DNA of 64,000 nt from Candidatus Bathyarchaeia archaeon (lineage in GTDB: Archaea; Thermoproteota; Bathyarchaeia; 40CM-2-53-6). Positions 27,721 to 36,845 of this stretch are shown one piece after another. Where the stretch lies: positions 832,001-896,000 of the forward strand of contig JBEKFP010000001.1 of assembly GCA_050013255.1 (NCBI GenBank). Reading direction: 5' to 3'. The notes below the pieces were generated by a model. The model did not search any database, was not told where the DNA came from, and saw nothing but the letters and a program-made list of their open reading frames with translations. Within the stretch, counting starts at the first letter, position 1. Every line of letters begins with the position of its first letter. Made by a program: the position numbers and the translations under genes.

Positions 27721-29862
27721 TTACACTTGGTCCACAACTTTTATGCGGCCTCTAGCCTGGCCAAGCAACTCACGGGCAAGCCGCTCTAGAACCACATCTT
27801 GTTTCCATGGATATCTCTCCACATGGACGAGAGCTCCCTGCCTGGTTGTCTGGAGAATACAAACGGCGTTGTCGCTTTTCATCGAATATTTCGCTGCCTT
27901 AGTGTATTCCTTCAGAAGCTTATGGGACCTGGAATAGCAAAGAACCGAGCCAGTTTCAAGTCTGGTTCGAAATGCTAGATCCTTGTGCTTCTTCGTATAG
28001 GACCAAAGCTTGTCAACCGATTTAGCGAAGATGGCTCGTTCTCCATCAGTCTGTTCTAGCAATATCGCAATTCCATCTATGAACCCTGTGGCGCCATTCT
28101 TCTCAAGAATTTCTACTAGTGACTGCATCGTCTTGGGCATTTTCTGTCTTGGTTTAGGAGTCGGCGTCGAGCGTACGCCGAGGACATGATGATAATAGTC
28201 TTGGATTGGACCTGTAACGTCTGGAAAAATTATGACATTGTTACTGGCTCTGATTCGTTCGGTAAGGAGTTGGTTATCTAAAAACAGACCGAACCAATCT
28301 AATTCCTCAGTGGCAAATGCTTCTAGATCTTGTACTGCTATCCTTCGTTCAAGATAACTTACGAACTCCCCCACCCCGTTGACCAATTCAACTATCACTT
28401 GTAAGTCAAGGTCGAAGACTGACCACGCAGCCTCGTTTCCGCTTACGATTCCGGCCCTAGATAGCCAAGACATGTTTGTTGTGAAGGCGGTCAACGAGTC
28501 TAACGTCACGGAGATAAGATACATGCGTATTATGTTCTTACTTCTGAGACGCACATCGCCCTTAGGACTCTCGAAGTAGACTTCTTCCGAAGATCGAATA
28601 TACCGCGCCGCTCGCGCGTTTTGTTTTTGAGCGTCATCAACCAATCGTTTCAACTGGTCAATTGCACTTCGTGATCCTCTTCGAGCTGCCGTGGACATCG
28701 AGCCAGCTTTCGCTTCAATCAGAAACGCGGTTCTATCCACCAACACAAGCCCGTCAAGTTCGAAGTCTCGAACACCTTGCCCGTCATCATAAGAGTAATG
28801 CAGGTTCACCCACGCGTCGGCGTGGCGCGTAGTTGATTTGATCAGGGCTACTGCGTGGTTTTCTAAGTAATCCGATCTGTGACTTTCGTAGCGCCTCCAT
28901 AGCCCATCATTCTGTTCTAGTATGTTTTCAATAGCTGCTCTGAACCTAAAAATCGATTGTCCTACCAAGTGTACTAACCATAATTCATCAGATAACTTGA
29001 GAAAAGGAGCACGATCAAGGGCGTCGTAAACGCTCGGCCATCCTGCTCCTATCTCCTCCTGTCCAAATTCGGGTGTAAAGAGGTCTAGGAATTTTCTAAT
29101 GACGCGTTGATCGATTTCTGTAACCTTCGTGAGCTCTTCACAAGTCACCAAGAATATTCTGTGCGCCACCGGTCTCATGGTCTTTATCAGGTAACGATTA
29201 ACCTCCTCGCTCTGCTTGCGAAGTTCGCCAGGACCGGGTGTCTTGTGCAAATCAGGACGTTCTGACTTAGATTCTCGGTATATGATTGATTCACACTTCA
29301 AAATCCTACTATTCACCACCTTATCCAGGCCATCAAAAATCCCAAGAGCGTCGGTAATATCGAAACCGATGAGCTCCTGCAGTTCTTTGCTAAACGGATC
29401 AAAGAGTGCGTGCAATTGTGCAGTCATATGATGTCGAAAAGCTTCGCCACGCATGAGAAGGTTCAATATTCTAGTGTGTACGAGGATGTCTTCAGGGTTA
29501 TCACCCAATCGCCCCTTGCCTCTAACCCTAGCATGAGAATAATCCTCAACTAACTTCACAGCTTTCATCGAAAGAGCAAATACTTTTTCGAGATCGTCTT
29601 CTGAAGTCACCTCATCAATTGCGAGTGGATTCGGTGCCGAATCGAAATTACACAGGTACAACCAGGTGACATATTCAGCGTAAATCGGACTAATGTCCTG
29701 CAACTCAACTTCTGGGCTCGTTAGGAATATTCTCATCGCAATGTTCGAAAGAGTCGAAGCGATTGGAAGTTTGCGCACCAGCTCACGGAGTTCTTGAATT
29801 GCTTCCGAAATTTCCTGCTCTAGCACTGCTAAGTCTTTGCGTTCTGCGCCTGATCTCTCCAA
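27721..29862 (-). CDS. Large hypothetical protein with NERD/PD-(D/E)XK-like nuclease domain
   Basis: YLE...ELDGLVLVDRTAFLIEAKAG...AQKQ motif. Confidence 0.7.
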   Translation of the reverse strand: MERSGAERKDLAVLEQEISEAIQELRELVRKLPIASTLSNIAMRIFLTSPEVELQDISPIYAEYVTWLYLCNFDSAPNPLAIDEVTSEDDLEKVFALSMKAVKLVEDYSHARVRGKGRLGDNPEDILVHTRILNLLMRGEAFRHHMTAQLHALFDPFSKELQELIGFDITDALGIFDGLDKVVNSRILKCESIIYRESKSERPDLHKTPGPGELRKQSEEVNRYLIKTMRPVAHRIFLVTCEELTKVTEIDQRVIRKFLDLFTPEFGQEEIGAGWPSVYDALDRAPFLKLSDELWLVHLVGQSIFRFRAAIENILEQNDGLWRRYESHRSDYLENHAVALIKSTTRHADAWVNLHYSYDDGQGVRDFELDGLVLVDRTAFLIEAKAGSMSTAARRGSRSAIDQLKRLVDDAQKQNARAARYIRSSEEVYFESPKGDVRLRSKNIIRMYLISVTLDSLTAFTTNMSWLSRAGIVSGNEAAWSVFDLDLQVIVELVNGVGEFVSYLERRIAVQDLEAFATEELDWFGLFLDNQLLTERIRASNNVIIFPDVTGPIQDYYHHVLGVRSTPTPKPRQKMPKTMQSLVEILEKNGATGFIDGIAILLEQTDGERAIFAKSVDKLWSYTKKHKDLAFRTRLETGSVLCYSRSHKLLKEYTKAAKYSMKSDNAVCILQTTRQGALVHVERYPWKQDVVLERLARELLGQARGRIKVVDQV

Positions 29863-29892
29863 TTCACAGCCTCTCCCTCAAGCTATCGCAAT

Positions 29893-30009
29893 TCAAGCTT
29901 TGATTCGAACTGAACCTGGGTTCAGGCTTGTATAGTAAGAGGTGCCCCAGAGGCCGTCCTCTTCGTCATATGTAACGTCCCTTGGACCTAGGAGTTTTCC
30001 CGCCGACAT
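29893..30009 (-). CDS. 38-aa ORF duplicating the C-terminus of the 30011-30613 protein
   Basis: LLGPRDVTYDEEDGLWGTSYYTSLNPGSVRIKA versus LIGPRDVTYSEEDDLWGISYYRSLNPGHVGLKA (25/33). Confidence 0.6.
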   Translation of the reverse strand: MSAGKLLGPRDVTYDEEDGLWGTSYYTSLNPGSVRIKA

Positions 30010-30010
30010 T

Positions 30011-30613
30011 TTATGCTTTTAGTCCAACGTGACCCGGGTTCAAACTTCGATAATAGGAGATTCCCCAAAGGTCATCCTCCTCACTATACGTGACATCACG
30101 TGGGCCTATGAGGTCTCGCTCAACACCATGAGGCAGCTGCACGACTATATCTTTGTTCATCCACTCACGAATGAAATCTCGCCGAATTCTCGACACGCCA
30201 TGGAAACCATCAAACGGTTTCACGTGAAAATCATTGTTCCATTCCAAGTCTGTCTTGATCGAATTAGTGAGAGAGAAAGCAAGCCGCATTTTGAAGTCAA
30301 GCGGAATGAACTGCCCTGAGAATGACCCTTCAGCGACTTTCACCTTGATGTGGCATGATGTCTTTGATCCCCTTAAGCGCAATTTACTGGGACGCAGATG
30401 AGTGGTTCCAGACTTCAATGTAATTTCGCGTATTCCTTCCATGTCGGTGAGGGAAACGAAGACTTCTACCTCTTCATTAGGAAGGACGAGGCCGCAGTTC
30501 GAGGTCATAAACGGGCATTCATTTAACCCGTCGAAAGTCTGGTCTTCTCTTTCGAATTGGTTCCACTCTTCAGGGTTCTTGCTGTTCTGGACAAGATACT
30601 CTAGACCCGCCAC
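30011..30613 (-). CDS. Hypothetical protein
   Basis: 200-aa ORF; coding status supported by mainly synonymous divergence from the downstream duplicate. Confidence 0.65.
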   Translation of the reverse strand: MAGLEYLVQNSKNPEEWNQFEREDQTFDGLNECPFMTSNCGLVLPNEEVEVFVSLTDMEGIREITLKSGTTHLRPSKLRLRGSKTSCHIKVKVAEGSFSGQFIPLDFKMRLAFSLTNSIKTDLEWNNDFHVKPFDGFHGVSRIRRDFIREWMNKDIVVQLPHGVERDLIGPRDVTYSEEDDLWGISYYRSLNPGHVGLKA

Positions 30614-30841
30614 ACCAACGGTGCCATACCAGGATCCGGCAAATACTGGAAAACGGTCTCGACTGAACTTGCCTCGATCGATTGAATCCTGCCCTTCTTA
30701 GGCGAACCATCTCGTCAACCGTGATGAATCCGGTCCCCTCTTGCTTATGCTGTATCGATCTCATTTCTCTCATGTCGAAGTCAGGCAAAAAGTCTTCAGA
30801 GGAGAACAGACGACTCAGGAGTCTGCAACTCATAGCACGCT

Positions 30842-32710
30842 TTGACTTCTATGATAAACGATAAACACGCAGGTTACGAAATTACCGAAGTCTTCTGGAG
30901 TTTACCGCTACTAACTGAACTTCTTGATCTCAACAAGCTTAACCGATATTGGTCTTCGAAGCATCACGGAAAGCCGGCCCCTTCGAATCTCTCTCGGGGT
31001 TATGGTTTCTGTATTGTTTCTCTATTGTGGTCTCTGGCTGACGCAATCATCCAATTCCCTCGAGTCCTAGACATCAAAGACGCTGAACTTCTCGTGAGGG
31101 CCTGGCAAGGCAATGTTCCCTTTCACCGCATGCCGACCAAAACGCAGGCAGGTCAACTAGTTCGCAAGATCGTAGATCTGTACCGACCCTTGATGGGAGC
31201 AGATACTTTTGCTGATATTGAGCAAAATGCACCGATTCTATTGCAGGCACTAGTGAAGCCACTTTCTCAAATTTTCCTATCAAGTTTTGGGTTATCATCG
31301 GAGTTCAAGAAAAAGACAAGGCTGGATGTTCTCGAGGCACTCAAAGCCGGAGCCATCTTCAAACTCCTTTTCGAACTACAAAATCGCAAATCAATCAAGA
31401 TTGCCTATAATTACACTTATGATAAAGGCAAGCGATTTTTTGTTCAATCAACCGTTTTGCCCCTGACTGTCTCAAACCAGAGATTCTTTGACGGGTATAA
31501 GCTAGGAATAGTCTACCTTTGGGAATCGCTTCTCGAAGCGAATCAAGACTCAATTCGGAAGATCAAGAGATGCAGGACATGGGATCAACTAGAAACGCTC
31601 CGTAACGTCACTTCTACAACTATAACTCAACCATTTGCTGAACGAATCGGGCTGGAATCTCCCACGGACGAGATTGATTTCAAAAAGAGGCGTAAAATTC
31701 CAGATGAACTGATGACTCCACTTATTCGAAGTCAACACACAGTCCCATTACAACCCGCGTCGACTCAGGAAATTCTAGATGAAGCCTTTCTCTGGTATCC
31801 TCTTGTAATAGCAGGGACAGACGCCACCGCCATTTCTTCTGTGGGCTTCGCGACAGCGTTGCTCGGGACAGCAAAATTGAGACGTGGCCCGATACATGTA
31901 CTGAAATTCATTCACCGGCAGACAGAAGGCAACACGTTCAGCTTTGCTATCTTAATTCATGCGGCGAGCAATGTTGCGGACTACTCCTATTGGTGGGTTT
32001 TCCCAGACTTTGCTACAGATTTCTCTGGTATGGGGGGAGCAGGCTACGCGTTTGTAACGCAGCAGATCAACGGACTTGAAGAGAGGATAATCCTCGATGA
32101 AATCCCTGTGGCGGGGGAGGAGTTTCACCGATACGTGAAAAGGTCGAAAGAACAACGTCTGGAAGATGAAATTTCGGTCCTGCGACAAGCCCTTGACGCA
32201 GGCAGTGGAGCAATTCTGGAGCTAGTTTATGCGACAATTGCTCAAGCAAGAGGGGATCTAGTTCGCTGGCGATACAAAAATCCGGCTATTCTCGGTGACC
32301 GCGAAATTGACGTTCTAAGTATAGGAAACAATGCGACACCTGCTACTATCGAGATCGCTGAGTGCACCAGAACGGCATCGAAAGATGATGTATCTAGACT
32401 CAAGGAAAAGTTAGAACTATGCCGTCATAATTCTGCTGAACTCCTAAGAAGCATAAACGGTGGAAACAGCGCAAAGGTAGTTGAGGTTCGAGGTAGGCTT
32501 GTTTGCGCCGTACCAAGTAGATCCAAGTTTCGTGGCATCAGCACAATATCTCAAAAAGAACTCAGAGAAGCATGCACCAAGTATGGCTTGAACTGGTATG
32601 AAATTCAGCGACTCCTCGGCTTACCATCAGAGCCAGCAAAGTACAGACGGCCCAGCCCGGACGATATGCTGAGAACTCTTATGCAAGAGGATTTCGACAA
32701 AGTCAAATGA
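30842..32710 (+). CDS. Hypothetical protein with C-terminal restriction-endonuclease-like motif
   Basis: GAILE...REIDVL...IEIAECT (PD-(D/E)XK-like with atypical Lys position). Confidence 0.65.
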   Translation: MTSMINDKHAGYEITEVFWSLPLLTELLDLNKLNRYWSSKHHGKPAPSNLSRGYGFCIVSLLWSLADAIIQFPRVLDIKDAELLVRAWQGNVPFHRMPTKTQAGQLVRKIVDLYRPLMGADTFADIEQNAPILLQALVKPLSQIFLSSFGLSSEFKKKTRLDVLEALKAGAIFKLLFELQNRKSIKIAYNYTYDKGKRFFVQSTVLPLTVSNQRFFDGYKLGIVYLWESLLEANQDSIRKIKRCRTWDQLETLRNVTSTTITQPFAERIGLESPTDEIDFKKRRKIPDELMTPLIRSQHTVPLQPASTQEILDEAFLWYPLVIAGTDATAISSVGFATALLGTAKLRRGPIHVLKFIHRQTEGNTFSFAILIHAASNVADYSYWWVFPDFATDFSGMGGAGYAFVTQQINGLEERIILDEIPVAGEEFHRYVKRSKEQRLEDEISVLRQALDAGSGAILELVYATIAQARGDLVRWRYKNPAILGDREIDVLSIGNNATPATIEIAECTRTASKDDVSRLKEKLELCRHNSAELLRSINGGNSAKVVEVRGRLVCAVPSRSKFRGISTISQKELREACTKYGLNWYEIQRLLGLPSEPAKYRRPSPDDMLRTLMQEDFDKVK

Positions 32711-32756
32711 GTCCTAGTCTATTGATTGTTACTTGACGCCGTGGTAACAAGTAGAC

Positions 32757-33602
32757 TCATAGGGATTCAAAAGTCGAACGAATGCTCTCAGTGAATTTCA
32801 GAAGCTTACGAGAAAAATCCAAAGCAATACTCAAGGACCAAGCTTTGACCGCATCTCTTTGAAATGTGGATGGTCTCTCCTCTCCGCTAAGGAGAGATGA
32901 CATTCGGGGAGCCACCGCGACGTAAAACAGCGATGGATGAACGAATAAAGAAAGGATACCATAATCGAAATCGTAATATTCTCCCATTCCAAATTGTGTA
33001 GCAAGATCTCTGAAGTTAAGATCTGGCCGTGTAATAGTCGGAGTCGGACCGAACATCGTCGCCCATATCGTCTTCCTATGCTCCAACCTAACCAACTCCG
33101 ATTGCATAAATTTTACCAAGTTGCTATTTCCTTGAATTGTCACTTCATCTAGAACCTTCTCGTTGAATCTGATGACAGAAGCCTCCGATCTGCCGACAAA
33201 TTCACGAAACTTCTCCGGACTAGAAAAGGCATCTCTCGTGGCGAGGAATAACTCGAATGTGCACCTTGCCAGAGTTGCTAAAATAACGGGTTCTCCTGAG
33301 TCGTAATGGTCGATTATGCCAGTCAAGAATTCTCTATTCACAAAGAGTATCTTGATCAGAACGGCCACTTGATTATATCTAAACACTTTGGACCGAATTT
33401 CTGCGACTTGTTCTGAGCGCCATTTAGCGAAGATGCCTTCCAGTTCTTCCTGTGTCTTTCCCACAATTTGTTTTGGTTCCCATTTAGCGAGGAATTTTTC
33501 AAGTTCTTTTTGTATTTGAGATATCTGTCGCTCAGTCTCCATCAGGTCTTCTTTCGTGACGAAAGCCTGCCAAAGTGGTGGCTCTTTCGCGTCCGATTTC
33601 AT
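32757..33602 (-). CDS. DUF5677-like (HEPN-related) helical protein
   Basis: LARCTFE and Y..LSLFVHPS signature. Confidence 0.6.
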   Translation of the reverse strand: MKSDAKEPPLWQAFVTKEDLMETERQISQIQKELEKFLAKWEPKQIVGKTQEELEGIFAKWRSEQVAEIRSKVFRYNQVAVLIKILFVNREFLTGIIDHYDSGEPVILATLARCTFELFLATRDAFSSPEKFREFVGRSEASVIRFNEKVLDEVTIQGNSNLVKFMQSELVRLEHRKTIWATMFGPTPTITRPDLNFRDLATQFGMGEYYDFDYGILSLFVHPSLFYVAVAPRMSSLLSGEERPSTFQRDAVKAWSLSIALDFSRKLLKFTESIRSTFESL

Positions 33603-33814
33603 CTTTCGTCGCTTATCGGCTAATATGCAAGGAAAAGAAAAACGAATCGACATGGCTCTGGCCGTGTACATCCTGAATAGGTGCACGGCATATGTCAGCG
33701 CGCGAAATCGTCAGCAATCAGAACACACGAGAGTCCTCTGTTCTAGCAGATTCATAGTTTTCGTGCGTGGGTCTAATGATGCGCACGCACACATAACTAA
33801 TGAGGCCCGCAGGA

Positions 33815-34384
33815 CTAATCTGCCAAGTCTCTGGCGAGACTGGCCATTTCGGCGCATGTAACTCTTGATTCGCGCACGACAACCGTAGCGTAGTCTAGTG
33901 CTCCATTCCTCGTTTTCCAGTCGTTGCAACCGAAGAGTATTGCTCTGTCGCAGAGTCTACGACTATTCAGCGTCGTCTCCAACAGCGAAAAGTACGGCAG
34001 GTCAAATTTGTCGAGTTTCCATCGTTTCAACCGATTTGGCACAATGAACGAATGCTCTCCAGAGAGAATTGTTGGAATGGCAAAAAATCGTCCTCTCTGA
34101 GATTCAATTGGTATCTTGGTTCCATGATACCTCGTGAAAAAGAAGCGAACGGCGGTACCAAGATTCGGCTTCTTTGCTCTCACTAAGCCAGTCGAATAGT
34201 CGTTTAGAATTCGGTTCGAAACCGCAAGTGTAATCGTCTTTCCAGACACGTCGCAATTCGCGGTCTCGATGGCGCTTCTTAGCCACTCCTGCAATGTCGT
34301 TACGACGTCAGTGGCGCTGTTCGCAAGAAGTCTAATCAGGATATTGGCATCCAATACGAGGATGACGTTTCGGTGGCAAATCAA
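33815..34384 (-). CDS. PIN-like domain protein
   Basis: ILVLDANIL N-terminal strand, D..D (DKFD) and terminal ND acidic positions. Confidence 0.55.
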   Translation of the reverse strand: MICHRNVILVLDANILIRLLANSATDVVTTLQEWLRSAIETANCDVSGKTITLAVSNRILNDYSTGLVRAKKPNLGTAVRFFFTRYHGTKIPIESQRGRFFAIPTILSGEHSFIVPNRLKRWKLDKFDLPYFSLLETTLNSRRLCDRAILFGCNDWKTRNGALDYATVVVRESRVTCAEMASLARDLAD

Positions 34385-34394
34385 CTGAGCTTAC

Positions 34395-35591
34395 CTAGGC
34401 GCTAAAATCTGAGATTAGAGATCGAATAGCCTGGTCAAATGCCGGTTGCTCGGCTTCCCCTGCCTTAGACACGTCAATGTGGCGGATCTTCGTGAAACGT
34501 CCCGTTCTGTCAAAGTAATGAAGTCCCAAGTTTGAGTTCTTCAAGCCACCCTTGGCGACGAGACCTAAAGTCTTCTTGACTATGTAATCACTGTGAGTAG
34601 TTAGCACCAGTGTAAGTTTCCGTCTGATGGCCTCTCGACATAAGAGCGTTAGAACGAGAATTTGTCTGTAAGGCTCAAGGTGTGCTTCAGGTTCTTCAAT
34701 AACCAGCATTCCGCCCTTGTTCACTTCTCTCAGACCTATTGCAATCGGAAGCGATGCAACCACCCCGGAACCAGCTGCTTCAATCTCGGTCGTATACCCG
34801 GATTTGTCGACGAAAATCACCGTGGGAAACTCTCTTCTCTTCTCAAGCTGTATTTGTCCCTCATGAAAAGATCGAAAGGTATCGGCAATATTCTCAGTAT
34901 CGCCGCTCGACAGAAACCTAAGGTAGAGATCGTAGAAATCTTCAAGGTACAGGGGTAACCTGCCCACTGACCCAAGCAATTCCCTAAGTGCAGCAGTTCC
35001 TTCCCTCCTGAGAAGTTGAGAATTTTCTTTGTACTCTTGTATGCCTCCGAATGTTCTGACGAATCTCGAAAACATTTGATTTCTGTAACTCAGAATGTTG
35101 GTGAAGAACTGAATTGTGCCCAATCTTGCGGCTGGGATGTAGACGGCATCTCTTCCAGATATAAGACCGGGTCTGTCACGCCTCTTCCTTTCAAGCGCCT
35201 GAAGCCCTCGGTTTGTGATAATGGGAGTGGGGAACGGTCCCTTACTTCTGCTCAGCCTTATGGTGGCATTGCCCAAGTCGGTCCTGATTCTTGCCCTACA
35301 CTCCAAATTACCTTTAGTAACAATTCCTCCTACTGGTTCGTTTACCATACGCATGATTGTGCCTTCGTGCGAATATCTGCGGGGCCGTAACATCAATGTA
35401 CGAGTGTACTCATGGAAACTGCGTTCGCGTCCGCGCATGAGGGCAGATGATCGAAGGAACCCGTACAACAGACGGCCCGTCATCGACTTCCCGGAATTGT
35501 TGGGGCCAAAGAATATGTTGATCGGCGCAAGGCTGAGATCACCTTCTTTGATAGGTCCAAAATTGGAGAGATTGATCTTCTCTATCCGCAC
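34395..35591 (-). CDS. ABC/AAA ATPase (AAA_15/AAA_21 type)
   Basis: NFGPI, GPNNSGKS Walker A, YIPAAR, GSG signature, IEEPEAHLEP Walker B and TTHS motifs. Confidence 0.9.
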   Translation of the reverse strand: MRIEKINLSNFGPIKEGDLSLAPINIFFGPNNSGKSMTGRLLYGFLRSSALMRGRERSFHEYTRTLMLRPRRYSHEGTIMRMVNEPVGGIVTKGNLECRARIRTDLGNATIRLSRSKGPFPTPIITNRGLQALERKRRDRPGLISGRDAVYIPAARLGTIQFFTNILSYRNQMFSRFVRTFGGIQEYKENSQLLRREGTAALRELLGSVGRLPLYLEDFYDLYLRFLSSGDTENIADTFRSFHEGQIQLEKRREFPTVIFVDKSGYTTEIEAAGSGVVASLPIAIGLREVNKGGMLVIEEPEAHLEPYRQILVLTLLCREAIRRKLTLVLTTHSDYIVKKTLGLVAKGGLKNSNLGLHYFDRTGRFTKIRHIDVSKAGEAEQPAFDQAIRSLISDFSA

Positions 35592-36355
35592 CCTCTCACC
35601 CCGAATCTCCTCACTTTCTGAGGCGTCGGTCTCTCTTGTTTCTTCCGCTTCCCGAGAAGTGTAGAGGTCCCCGTTATCGCTTGGTTATTTCGCATGGTTC
35701 CGATGACAAGCCCTCCTCTATTGTTCGGGTACTCGTCCCAGATCCGACCATCTAAGGAGCGGCCTCCTGATTTTGGTTTGAACCCGCCATATTGCTTGAA
35801 AAAGAAAGCTACATTCTGACTGAGACATTCGTCTCGTATTTCGCGAATCCATTCCATTTTGATGGGCCTGTAGTTCGGCCCTGATTCACCGCCCACAATC
35901 GCCCATGATATGCCTGACAAGTCAAGTGGTGGTCGTGTGCTTTCGATTAGTGGTTCAAAGCTAACGAACCTAGTTCTGGCGGGGACTTCCCTCAGTATGT
36001 CTATTCGGGGTTTGAATGGCCAGCTTTCCACGGAAGTTCCCATCCAAATATGGTCTGGGACTCGACCATAACTCTTCGAGAAATCTAGCATTCGATCTGG
36101 CCGTTTTGTCAATATTTGGTAGGTATGCCAGTGGGCTCGTTCCATTACAGCGAAACACTTACGGAGATATTGGTCAGGCATGTCTTCATGAAATAAATCC
36201 GACATCGAGTCCACAAAGATCCTTCTGGGCTCGCGCCAGTGCAACGGGAGTTCGAGGTCCTTCTCATGAAACGTGAACTTGAATCCGTTTCGATACTTAG
36301 TCATCCCTCGATTCCGTAAGCTGAGCGCTAGCCTCTCTGCGTAGCAGTTCTTGCG
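35582..36355 (-). pseudogene. DUF5131 (phage Gp37/Gp68) protein, 5'-truncated
   Basis: NCYAE, FVDSMSDLFH, QILTKR, SFEPL, GGESG and FFFKQ motifs present, but WNP..GC and two of three Cys are absent. Confidence 0.8.
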
Positions 36356-36642
36356 GCGACTAGGCGGATATCGAGTGGAGAGACTGCTAGGGGGAGTACT
36401 TACGGTGAGCCTACTCGGCGGAGTAGCAGCACTCTCGATAGGTGAAGTCTTCAACTCGGCAACCCTTCTTATGCTATCGTCAGCTGAGGTTGTTCTCTCG
36501 ACTCTCTTCCTATCCGCAACCAAGACTTCAGAAATAATCACTAAGATACTCCAGCGGCACTGAGTGCTAGAATGCAGAAAGCTTCGTTCATCTCGGCCCA
36601 TAGTGTGTTCTTGGCGTTGGAATTTTCATCTCCGTCAAGAAA

Positions 36643-36682
36643 GTGTGTGTGCGTATAGTGGTGCGGGCGTCGAGATTTGAAC
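36643..36682 (-). repeat. 3' end of a second tRNA type (GTTCAAATCTCGACGCCCGCACCA) plus flank
   Basis: T-loop, acceptor strand and ACCA on the minus strand with no 5' half. Confidence 0.75.
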
Positions 36683-36845
36683 TGTTATAATGGCACGCCT
36701 TCGATCGTTGTATGAGCTTTGCCAAATCAATCGTTTTCTCCGCTGGCGGTTCAATTACCTCCGGACCCGCCACTTTAGACTCAAATCTCATTCTGTTGGA
36801 GAATTATCCTCGTCAAATCCGTCTGGGCAGCGGTTCGGCGCCGCA

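Larger units (their letters stand above)
23441..36774. mobile_element. tRNA-Lys-integrated genomic island (~13.3 kb), no integrase seen
   Basis: Direct repeat GGTTCAA(AT/TT)(C/A)CCTCCGGACCCGCCACT at 23441-23467 and 36748-36774 (25/27 identical); cargo is non-housekeeping. Confidence 0.85.

Noticed and set aside
29893-30115. Diversity-generating retroelement TR/VR pair
   Set aside because: Differences are mostly synonymous and not adenine-specific; no reverse transcriptase in the window.
32715-32757. Integron attC site
   Set aside because: Imperfect hairpin between convergent genes lacking RYYYAAC/GTTRRRY ends; more simply a terminator-like structure.
33770-33795. GCACGCACAC similarity to 23540-23560
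   Set aside because: Short and low-complexity; cannot be supported as a further island repeat without alignment statistics.
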